Under the pieces are notes generated by a model that saw only the letters and a list, made by a program, of their open reading frames with translations, did no database searches and was not told where the DNA came from. From an uncultured delta proteobacterium (lineage in GTDB: Bacteria > Myxococcota > UBA727 > VGSZ01), in assembly GCA_963775425.1 (NCBI GenBank), contig CAVZJB010000013.1, positions 257,592 through 321,591 on the forward strand: DNA of 64,000 nt, in the 5' to 3' direction. The translations under genes and the position numbers were made by a program. Below, one piece after another: positions 24,133 to 32,006 of the stretch (position 1 is its first letter; each line of letters starts with the position of its first letter).

Positions 24133-24480
24133 TCAAGCCACGCGCGCGGCGGCGGCGCGCACGTGGTCGTCGAGCCACGCGTCGAGCCGCGCGCGCGACT
24201 GCGCGCCCACGAGCTGCGCGACGACGCGGCCGCCGTCGAACAACAGCAGCGTCGGCAGCGAGCGCACGCCGAGGCGCGCTGCGGCGTCGGCGTTGTCGTC
24301 GGCGTCGACGGTGACGACGTCGACGTCCGTGCGCGACCCGGCGATGGCCACCAGGTGCGGCTCGATGGCGCGACACGGCGGGCACCAGCGCGCGCTGAAT
24401 TCCACCAGCAGCGGGCGCGGTGCGCTCTTCACGGCGTGCTCAAGCGTGGCGTCGGTGAGCGGCTTCAACGTGTGTGGCAT
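24133..24480 (-). CDS. thioredoxin
   Basis: FSARWCPPCR, GVRSLPTLLLF. Confidence 0.93.
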   Translation of the reverse strand: MPHTLKPLTDATLEHAVKSAPRPLLVEFSARWCPPCRAIEPHLVAIAGSRTDVDVVTVDADDNADAAARLGVRSLPTLLLFDGGRVVAQLVGAQSRARLDAWLDDHVRAAAARVA

Positions 24481-25075
24481 CGGGAGCTCCTCGGGGCGTC
24501 TTCGTGCGTCCCCGGGGAAGTGCCGTCCGCGGCGCGTTTTGTGTCACGTGGGCGCGCAGCGCCTTGCGGGCGCGCTTGATCCGGCTGCGCACGGCGTCGT
24601 CCGTCAGGCCGAACTGCGCGGCGATCTCCTCGCTCGTGTACCCCTCGGTCGCGAGCAGGAACGCGAGCCGGTCCGTGCGCGACAGCGTCATCAGCGCGGC
24701 CCCGAGCACCTCGGCGAGCTCCCGCCGCTCGGCCACGGCCTCGGGGTCCTCGCACGCGCACGGGCGCTCGACGTCGTCGTGCACCGTGCGCAGCGGGTCG
24801 TTCCGCGGGTCCCGGTTCATGCGCGAGCAGCTCCGCGCCACGAGCACCGACAGCCAGGCAAGCGCGCTGCCCTCGCCCCGGTAGCTCCTCAGCGCGGCGC
24901 CCGCGTTTTCGAGCGCCTGCTGCACTGCGTCCTCGGCGTCGTGCGGGGAGCGGCAGTGGCGCCGGGCCACCGCGAGGAGCCGGGGCCCGTACGCGCGCGC
25001 GAGGCGGTCGAGCGCCTCGGCGTCGCCGGCCTGCATCAGGCGCTGGAGGTCTTCCGCGGACGGGGGCATGGCCAT
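24440..25075 (-). CDS. ECF RNA polymerase sigma factor (Cys-containing)
   Basis: DAEDAVQQA region 2, EEIAAQFGLTDDAVRSRIKRAR region 4. Confidence 0.9.
   Translation of the reverse strand: MAMPPSAEDLQRLMQAGDAEALDRLARAYGPRLLAVARRHCRSPHDAEDAVQQALENAGAALRSYRGEGSALAWLSVLVARSCSRMNRDPRNDPLRTVHDDVERPCACEDPEAVAERRELAEVLGAALMTLSRTDRLAFLLATEGYTSEEIAAQFGLTDDAVRSRIKRARKALRAHVTQNAPRTALPRGRTKTPRGAPDATHVEAAHRRHA
24519..24547 (-). promoter_or_regulatory. putative ECF promoter GTGACACAA-N13-CGGCACT upstream of thioredoxin
   Basis: Same bipartite motif with the same spacing at 25082-25110. Confidence 0.7.
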
Positions 25076-25081
25076 GATGAG

Positions 25082-25110
25082 AGTGCCGCCGGGGGCCCGC
25101 GTTGTGTCAC
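25082..25110 (-). promoter_or_regulatory. putative autoregulatory ECF promoter GTGACACAA-N13-CGGCACT
   Basis: Immediately upstream of the sigma start; duplicate at 24519-24547. Confidence 0.7.
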
Positions 25111-25199
25111 GGATCTGCTCCGCCGCGGAAAAGCGGGTCACGGCGGGCGCTCCCGGGCCCACACCGGTCGACCGCACACTGCGGATCATGGAGGAACCC

Positions 25200-25319
25200 G
25201 TGAAGCTCAGCCGTTGGCTCATCGTTGTCGCCGCCCTCGCCGTCCCCACGCTCGCCCTCGCCGCCGACCACGCCGTCGGCGGCTGCTGCCCCCTCGGTGG
25301 ATGGTGTCCGTTCTGCTGA
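25200..25319 (+). CDS. small secreted Cys-rich peptide (39 aa)
   Basis: GGAGG RBS, GTG start, signal peptide ending ALA, mature ADHAVGGCCPLGGWCPFC. Confidence 0.65.
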   Translation: MKLSRWLIVVAALAVPTLALAADHAVGGCCPLGGWCPFC

Positions 25320-25368
25320 GAGGAGGCCGGCGGGCGGAGCCCGGCTCCGCTCTGCCGGCGGTGACGTC

Positions 25369-25875
25369 ATGCGCGAGCTTCAGGGGGCGATGGCGGCGGT
25401 GGCCGCGGGCGATCGGTCCGCGTTCGACGACGTGTTTCGCGCCCTGTGGCCGCGCTGCCGCGCCTTCGCCAGGAAGCTCCTCGACGACGACGCCCTCGCC
25501 GACGACGCCGCCCAGCAGGCGCTCGTGCAGCTCTTCGCGCAAGCGCCGCGCTTCGACCCGAAGCGGAGCGCCGTGGGGTGGGCCTTGACCTTGACGCTGT
25601 TTCAGGCGCGAACGGCCCGGAAGAGGCGCGCGCGCCGCCGCGACGCCGGCGTCCCCGACGACGTCCGCGCGCCGTCGCGCAGCCCCGAGGACCACGCCGT
25701 GCGCGCCGACGCCGTCGCCGCCGCCCTCGACGTCGTCGACGGGCTCTCGCCGCTCGACCGAAGCGAGGTCCTGCGCGCGCTCGATGACCACGACAGCGGC
25801 GACGCCGCCGCCCGCAAGCGCCGGCAACGCGCGTTCGAGCGGCTCCGCGCCGCGTGGAGGGCCCGTCATGGCTGA
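25369..25875 (+). CDS. ECF RNA polymerase sigma factor
   Basis: GDRSAFDDVF, ADDAAQQA, ARKRRQRAFERLR. Confidence 0.8.
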   Translation: MRELQGAMAAVAAGDRSAFDDVFRALWPRCRAFARKLLDDDALADDAAQQALVQLFAQAPRFDPKRSAVGWALTLTLFQARTARKRRARRRDAGVPDDVRAPSRSPEDHAVRADAVAAALDVVDGLSPLDRSEVLRALDDHDSGDAAARKRRQRAFERLRAAWRARHG

Positions 25876-26476
25876 GCCGACTTCCCCGCGCCCCGGCGCC
25901 GGCGACGACGTCGACGCGCTCTCTCCCGCCGCCGCCCGGGCGGCCCGACGCGCGCGCTTCGCCCTCGAGCGCGGGCGGCTCGTATGGGGCTTCGTCCTCG
26001 CCGTCCCCGTCGCCGCCGCGGGCGCCGCCCTCGCCGTCGCGCTCGGCCCCACGCGCGCCGGCCCCGTCGCCACCGGCGCCCTCGTCCTCGTGCTCGTCAC
26101 CGGCGCCGGCTGGAAGAGCCGCGCCTGCCTCGCCGGCTGCGTGGCGGGCCTCGCCCTCGGCGCGCTGCCGTTCCTGGCCATGCGCGCGGGCGGCGTGGCC
26201 TGCTCCGTCGGCGGGCGCTGCGTCGGCGACAGCGCGCTCGTCTGTGCGCTCGGCGGGCTCCTCGCGGGGCTCGCGCTCGCGGCGGTCGCGCGCAGGCTCG
26301 GCGCGTTCGCCGCCGGCGACGTCGTCGCCGGCGCCTGCGCGGGGGCCGCGTTGCACCTCGCCGTGGGCTGCCCGGGCGCGGGGCTGTTCGAGGCGGTGGG
26401 GCTCGTGGGCGCGTTCCTCGTCGGCGCCGCGCCCGTGCTCACCCTGCGAGGCGCGCGGCGAGCCAGCGCGCGATGA
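25868..26476 (+). CDS. multi-TM Cys-containing membrane protein, probable anti-sigma factor
   Basis: Overlaps the sigma stop; about 6 hydrophobic segments with several Cys. Confidence 0.55.
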   Translation: MAEPTSPRPGAGDDVDALSPAAARAARRARFALERGRLVWGFVLAVPVAAAGAALAVALGPTRAGPVATGALVLVLVTGAGWKSRACLAGCVAGLALGALPFLAMRAGGVACSVGGRCVGDSALVCALGGLLAGLALAAVARRLGAFAAGDVVAGACAGAALHLAVGCPGAGLFEAVGLVGAFLVGAAPVLTLRGARRASAR

Positions 26477-27257
26477 ACGGCGCCTCGTGCTTCTGCAGGA
26501 AGTGACCGCCGCGCTTCGTGTGCAGGTGGGTCATGAGGGGCGCGCCGGACAAGGCGCGCGCGAGCGCGAAGCCGCACGCGGCTTCGACGAGGGGATCGTC
26601 GTCGGCGCTGACGACGAGCGCCGGGCAGCGGACGCGCGGGCAGGCGACGCGCAGCTCCTCGAAGGAGTGGTCGCCGATGACGCGCATATGGTGCTGCACG
26701 ACGTCGAGGGTGAGCGCCTGCTCGCTCTTGAGGCCGCGCTCTCCGTACATGCGCGCGGCGGCGCCGTGGATGCGCTCCCCGACGACGGGGAGGTCCATGG
26801 CGTCGCTGAGCCGCTTGACCACACGCGGCGGGATGGGCCCGAAGCCGCGGTGGCGTCTGGGACCGATGCTGTTCATGCAGACGAGCGCCGTGACCTCGTC
26901 GGGGAAGCAGGCGGCGGCGAGGATGGCGGCGCCGCCGCCGAAGCTGTGGCCGCCGACGGCGAACGTGGAATGCCCCAGGGCGCGCATGAGCTGCCGCAGG
27001 AACGCGCCCCGGTCGGCGGGCTTCGTCGAAGGGAAGGCGTCGGGCGGGGTCTTTCCGAAGCCGGGCATGTCGACGCGGACGGCGCAGACGCCGCGGGCGG
27101 CGAGGGCGGGCCCGAGATAACGAAAGTCGCGGACGCTGCCGGGGATGCCGTGGACGAGGACCACGGCGGGGCCTTCGCCCTCGACGACGACGTGGACCTT
27201 GCCGACGAACGTCCCCCCGGGGTCCGTCGGCGCCACAGCGTCGCTTGCGCTCGTCAC
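26439..27257 (-). CDS. alpha/beta hydrolase
   Basis: LVHGIPG, DMPGFGKT, GHSFGG, GGHF. Confidence 0.88.
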   Translation of the reverse strand: MTSASDAVAPTDPGGTFVGKVHVVVEGEGPAVVLVHGIPGSVRDFRYLGPALAARGVCAVRVDMPGFGKTPPDAFPSTKPADRGAFLRQLMRALGHSTFAVGGHSFGGGAAILAAACFPDEVTALVCMNSIGPRRHRGFGPIPPRVVKRLSDAMDLPVVGERIHGAAARMYGERGLKSEQALTLDVVQHHMRVIGDHSFEELRVACPRVRCPALVVSADDDPLVEAACGFALARALSGAPLMTHLHTKRGGHFLQKHEAPFIARWLAARLAG

Positions 27258-28000
27258 GGCGTTTCCGGCGGCGGCGGGGCGGCGTCCGCTTCGACGATGG
27301 CGCGGAAGCCGGAGTCGAGCGCCTTGTCTCCGGCGGCGACGAGCTCCTTCTCCGTCGGCCACATCTCGCCGTCGTCTTCGTGGAACGCCGCGAGGATGGC
27401 GGCGCAGACGCCGTCGTCGTCGGCGGAGGCCGCGGGGACGTCGATCTTCATCCGCGGCGGCTCGGCGCTCGCGGCCTCGGCGACAGCGGCGACGTCGCGG
27501 CCGGCGCCGTCGACGACGAGGCCCTCGAGCTCGACGTAGACGAGCGGGACGCGGAAGCCGGGGGCGCATACGCTCGCTTCCTTCTTGTCCGCGCGGTAGC
27601 GGAGCGCGAAGGTGCCTTCCTTCTCCTCGACGACGATTCGCGGGTGCTCGACGATCTGCCCGAAGTGCACGCCGCCGAATTCCGCGGCGCCGCCGGCTGC
27701 GTCTTCGATCTCGGCGCCGTGCGCGACCAGCCAGCGAAAGAGCACCCGGCCGGCCCAGGGGTCCACGCCGGGGCCCCCGACGACGGCGGCGCGCTCGAGG
27801 TGCACGCGCGACAACAGCCCGGGCTTGAGCGCGCGGGCGTCGCCGACGGTGCGCGAGTTGAGAAGCGGAAACAGACCGGTGGCGTCGAGAGTGACCGTGA
27901 GCTTTGGTTGTTCGTTCTCGCGGGGGACTTGCGGCGACTCCTTCGTCGCCGTCGTGGCGCAAGACGCGCAGAGCACCAGGGCGACGAGGAGCCGGGTCAC
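27254..28000 (-). CDS. hypothetical lipoprotein
   Basis: VTRLLVALVLCASC signal, GTGA overlap with the hydrolase. Confidence 0.6.
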   Translation of the reverse strand: MTRLLVALVLCASCATTATKESPQVPRENEQPKLTVTLDATGLFPLLNSRTVGDARALKPGLLSRVHLERAAVVGGPGVDPWAGRVLFRWLVAHGAEIEDAAGGAAEFGGVHFGQIVEHPRIVVEEKEGTFALRYRADKKEASVCAPGFRVPLVYVELEGLVVDGAGRDVAAVAEAASAEPPRMKIDVPAASADDDGVCAAILAAFHEDDGEMWPTEKELVAAGDKALDSGFRAIVEADAAPPPPETP

Positions 28001-28456
28001 GAGCGGGCTTTGCTTATACCCAGCGGGAGCCCGATGGGAACGGGCCGCGCCGCCTGGTCCGGCGGTGAGGCTCTTCCCCTTCGGGCGCCCAGGTTCCCTT
28101 CGCGCCGAGATTCGGCCCAAGCAATGCCGCGGCCGTGCCGGGGGCGGGCGCCCTCCGGCGAAGAACCTCACCGCCGGCCCGGTCGGCAGCGCTCCTTCCG
28201 CGAAACACCCACGGCCTCGTCGGAATCCCTCGCCTCAACCGACCGCGCACCCCTTGGCCGGCGACTCCGGCTCTCCTCGCGCCACGCGTACAAGGGTCAC
28301 TCCATGGAAACCCCAACCGGTCCACAGCGCGAGGCGCTGCGGGAGCCTCCGCCGCCGGCCTGCGGCGCGCGCTCCCGGACGTGACACGGTCACGACGACC
28401 GCATCCCCACGACGTCGAGCTTCAGCAAGCCAATCGCCGCGAGATCGCCGGCGGCC

Positions 28457-28509
28457 TGCTACAATCCGTGCGACTTGCCGACATGATGTCGGCTAGAATT
28501 ACGTTGGGC
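28457..28509 (+). promoter_or_regulatory. putative cassette promoter (extended -10 TGcTACAAT) and attI-like site ending in core GTTGGGC
   Basis: TGCTACAAT 28457-28465; palindrome GCCGACATGATGTCGGC 28477-28493; GTTGGGCGG at 28503 is complementary to CCGCCCAAC at 30198-30206. Confidence 0.6.
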
Positions 28510-28543
28510 GGCCCCTCGGCGTCGTCACTCGCTTGGAGAAGAC

Positions 28544-29587
28544 ATGACAGCGAAGCGGATTGCGATGTTCAACCACAAGGGTGGCGTGAGCAAGACCACG
28601 ACGACGTTCCATCTCGCGTGGATGTTGGCGTCGAAAGGCAAGCGAGTGATCATGGTTGACGCTGATCCGCAGTGTAATCTCTCCGGGGTGGTCTTGAACT
28701 ATCGGGGGGTGGACGAGTTCGAAAGGTTCTACGAGCAGGACACGAAGAACAACCTCCGCGCGGGCCTCGCTCCTGCGTTCGAGAGCCGTCCGGAGCCGCT
28801 CCAGGCCGTTGAGTGCGTTGAGGTACCCGCGCGCCAAGGGCTTTTCCTCTTGCCTGGTCACATCCGCCTGTCGGAGTACGAAGTGACATTGGGCATCGCC
28901 CAAGAACTTTCGGGTTCCATTCAGACGCTGCAGAACCTCCCCGGCGCAATCTCGTCCGTTCTCGACCTTACTGCTGCGAAGTACAAAGCCGATTTCGTTA
29001 TCGTAGACATGAATCCGAGCTTGTCGTCGATCAATCAGAACATATTGATGACGTCTGACAACTTCATTATACCGGCCTCTCCTGACTTCTTCTCGGTTCT
29101 GGCGATCGACTCTCTCTCCTCTGTCATCCCTCGATGGTGCGCCTGGGCAAAGAAAGCTCAGACAATCGACGCCCTTCGCTCGGCGACCTACCCCTTCCCC
29201 GTCGTGTTGCCGAAGTTCCTCGGTACCGTGATCCAAAAATATCGCCCGCGTGGCGGAAAGGCGTCGGTCGACTTCCAGCGATGGATCGACGACATCAACC
29301 GATCAGTGAAGACCAAACTCCTTCCGGTGCTCCAAGCCGGTGGCCTCCTCGTAGACGACGCACGCTACACAGCGGCAAAGATGGGCCCCGAGAGAAACCT
29401 GTCCCTTATTCCTGACTTCAACACGCTCATTGCTAAGTCTCAAAAGACGTCTACTCCTGTTTTTGCCCTGACGAAAAAGCAACTGGAGCGCAGCGGTCAG
29501 ATTTTGAAGAAGACACTTGAGAATCGAGAGAAGTTCAAAAAACTGTTCCAGGATTTGGCGGAAAAAGTCATCACGCTAACCGCCTAG
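28544..29587 (+). CDS. ParA/Soj-family ATPase (long, defense-associated type)
   Basis: NHKGGVSKTT deviant Walker A, DADPQCNL, VDMNPS; lower GC. Confidence 0.92.
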   Translation: MTAKRIAMFNHKGGVSKTTTTFHLAWMLASKGKRVIMVDADPQCNLSGVVLNYRGVDEFERFYEQDTKNNLRAGLAPAFESRPEPLQAVECVEVPARQGLFLLPGHIRLSEYEVTLGIAQELSGSIQTLQNLPGAISSVLDLTAAKYKADFVIVDMNPSLSSINQNILMTSDNFIIPASPDFFSVLAIDSLSSVIPRWCAWAKKAQTIDALRSATYPFPVVLPKFLGTVIQKYRPRGGKASVDFQRWIDDINRSVKTKLLPVLQAGGLLVDDARYTAAKMGPERNLSLIPDFNTLIAKSQKTSTPVFALTKKQLERSGQILKKTLENREKFKKLFQDLAEKVITLTA

Positions 29588-29590
29588 CAC

Positions 29591-30187
29591 ATGCAGCACG
29601 CGCTCGATCAGTTCAACGAGAACATCGGACGCTGCGAGGCGCTCGGAGCGCTCCATGTCTCCCTGAAGGGTCAACTCACTGCGGCCGTGGATATCTCCGA
29701 CCTCTTGCGGGCCCAAATCGTCCTCGCTGTCAGTGCCTTTGACTTCTATGTGCATGAAGTGACCCGCCTCGGGATGCTCGAGACACAGGCGGGGAGGCGG
29801 CTGCCGGCTACGGAGTCGTTCAACAAGTTCCCGGTCTCTATGGCCTCGGTGAACGTGGCCCTCACTGGCGCTCCCGCTTGGTTCGACGCCGAGATTCGCC
29901 ACCGTCATGGCTTCCTCACCTTCCAGATGCCCGACAAGGTTGCCGACGCCATCCGTCTCATCTCTGACGTCAAGCTGTGGGCAGCAGTCGCGCCCTCTTT
30001 GGGCACGACCGACGTCGCGGCGAAGACACAGCTCAAGCTCATCGTCGAACGCCGGAACAGAATCGCACATGAAGCGGATCAGGACCCGACAACGCCGGGT
30101 CAGCGTTGGCCGATTGATGAACTCCTCGTCGCGAACGCCGTGGATTTCCTCAAGCGAACCGTCGCTGCAATTCACGCCGTGCTATGA
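29591..30187 (+). CDS. HEPN-domain protein (RiboL-PSP/MAE_18760-like)
   Basis: DLLRAQIVLAVSAFDFYVHE, RRNRIAH RxxxxH motif; 3 nt after the ParA stop. Confidence 0.85.
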   Translation: MQHALDQFNENIGRCEALGALHVSLKGQLTAAVDISDLLRAQIVLAVSAFDFYVHEVTRLGMLETQAGRRLPATESFNKFPVSMASVNVALTGAPAWFDAEIRHRHGFLTFQMPDKVADAIRLISDVKLWAAVAPSLGTTDVAAKTQLKLIVERRNRIAHEADQDPTTPGQRWPIDELLVANAVDFLKRTVAAIHAVL

Positions 30188-30199
30188 GCGTTCTGCCCC

Positions 30200-30360
30200 G
30201 CCCAACAACGCACGGCCGCAGAGGTCGCGCTTCGCGCGACACAGCCGCGGTCGCCGCGTGCTCGCTCCTCCGTCGCTGCGCGCGCAGGGTTGTGCTCCGT
30301 CGACAAGCCGCGCCAGAATGAACGTGATCGTGCGGCTGTCGGCCGTGCGCAACGTTGCAC
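30200..30360 (+). other. attC-like recombination site 1
   Basis: GCCCAAC..CGCACGGCCG...CGGCCGTGCG..GTTGCAC inverted structure starting 13 nt after the HEPN stop. Confidence 0.75.
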
Positions 30361-30482
30361 ATGCCCGCTACGCGGGAAAAGGTCGTCGTGACGACGACGA
30401 AGTGGTCAACTCGCTCGCGTCTTTCGATCGACCGTGTTTAGCGACACGCATGTGGCACGGCGCGCGCATCGCGTCGACGGCA

Positions 30483-31670
30483 ATGCCGGCAACGGTGCAG
30501 GACATCTTCCGAAGCGGATTCTCTGCGTTCCAGGGCGATCGCGAGCTCCCTTCACGAATCACCAGGGCTGCGCACGCAATCATCGCGTGCAGGACAGCGA
30601 TGCTCGGTGGTCACGTCGAGCGCTGCCCCGATGGTCACTTCGCAAAGATCCACTACAACTCGTGCCGGCACCGGTCCTGCCCCGGCTGCAGGTTCATCAG
30701 GGTGGAGCAGTGGCTCGAGGTTCAGCGAGCGCGGTTCCTGGACTGCGGTCACCACCACGTCGTGTTCACGATCCCCGAGGAGCTCAACACGCTTTGGAGG
30801 CACAACCGTCGCGAGATGACCGACGTCCTCTTCGCGGCCGCGAGCGAGACCCTGCTGGAGCTCCTCGGGGACCCGAAGCACCTCGGCGCGAAGCCGGGCA
30901 TCATCGCCGCGCTGCACACGTGGGGACAGGCGCTGCAGTTGCATCCGCACCTCCACTGCGTGGTGACCGCGGGTGGCCTCGACGCGAACGGGGACTGGCG
31001 CGATGCGAAGAAACGCATCCTTCTCCCCGGGCGTGTCGCGCGTGACCTGTTTCAGGGGCGCTTTCTCGGCAAGCTCTCCCGGCTGCTCCGCGCACGACGG
31101 CTGCTCCTGCCGGAGGACCTGGACGAGGACGGCGCGGCTCTGCTCATCGACTCGCTTTGGCGGAAGCGGTGGCATGTGCACGTGATGGAGCGGTACAGCA
31201 ACGTCGAGGGCGTCTTGAACTACCTCGGGCGGTACGTGCGTGGCGGCCCGATCGGCAACGGGCGAATCGTTGCGTTCGACGGAGCCACCGTCACGTTCCG
31301 CTACGCGGACAACCGCGACAAGGAGCCCGGCAGCGTGAAGGGCAAGGCGAAGGTGATGACCCTCAGCGTCGACGAGTTCCTGCGCCGGTTCCTTGAGCAC
31401 GTGCCGCCGAGCGGGTTGCGCGTTGTCCGCAGCTACGGTGTCTACGCGAACGCCGCCAAGCGGAGCTCCCTTTCGCGGGCGCGCCGTGTGATGGGCCAGG
31501 AGCCGGCGCGAGAGCCGCGAAGAGCTTCCATCGACGCCGTCGTTGCCAAGCTTCGCTGCCCGGATCCGCGGTGCTGCCCCGCGTGTGGCAAGCGCCTCGT
31601 CCGCGTCGGAGAGCTCCCTCGCGACGACCGAGGGCGACGACGACGACTGGTGACCCGATGCGCAGCATGA
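30483..31670 (+). CDS. IS91-family (Y2 HUH) transposase with zinc-binding N-terminus
   Basis: CRT..GGH..C..YNSCRHRSCPGC, HVVFTIP, LHTWG..HPHLH, YLGRY, C-terminal CPACG. Confidence 0.93.
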   Translation: MPATVQDIFRSGFSAFQGDRELPSRITRAAHAIIACRTAMLGGHVERCPDGHFAKIHYNSCRHRSCPGCRFIRVEQWLEVQRARFLDCGHHHVVFTIPEELNTLWRHNRREMTDVLFAAASETLLELLGDPKHLGAKPGIIAALHTWGQALQLHPHLHCVVTAGGLDANGDWRDAKKRILLPGRVARDLFQGRFLGKLSRLLRARRLLLPEDLDEDGAALLIDSLWRKRWHVHVMERYSNVEGVLNYLGRYVRGGPIGNGRIVAFDGATVTFRYADNRDKEPGSVKGKAKVMTLSVDEFLRRFLEHVPPSGLRVVRSYGVYANAAKRSSLSRARRVMGQEPAREPRRASIDAVVAKLRCPDPRCCPACGKRLVRVGELPRDDRGRRRRLVTRCAA

Positions 31671-31858
31671 GCTGGCCGGGTTGTCGCGTCGGCGACAGAC
31701 CTGCGCGCCGAGACCAGGCGACAGAATGCTCCGAGCCGCGCGACAATCTCCTGCCGCTGCCGGCGATCGAGCAGCGGCACCCACCGGTACGACGGACGGC
31801 GCTCAGGACCGGCGCGGTTCCGAGGGCGACCCGCACCAACGCCCACGTACGCGGGCAC

Positions 31859-31994
31859 GTGCAACAGCGCACTGGCGCAAAGCTCCCCGCCGTGGGCCGC
31901 TGACGCGCCCACAGCGGGGAGTCGTCCGCGCGACACAGCACGTGCAATAATGGGCGTCCTGGCGCGCAGACGCCGCCAGTGCTCAACGTTGGCA
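31859..31994 (+). other. attC-like recombination site 2
   Basis: GTGCAAC.agc.GCACTGGCG...CGCCAGTGC.tcaac.GTTGGCA; shares CGCGCGACACAGC with site 1. Confidence 0.75.
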
Positions 31995-32006
31995 GCGGGA
32001 ACACAG

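Noticed and set aside
28000-28480. Integron integrase gene upstream of the attI-like site
   Set aside because: No ORF with tyrosine recombinase motifs (R..HxLRHSFATH..Y) on either strand.
28544-29587. Chromosome partition ParA paired with the ParB at 62760
   Set aside because: The genes are 33 kb apart, and this ParA is a long variant coupled to HEPN inside a cassette.
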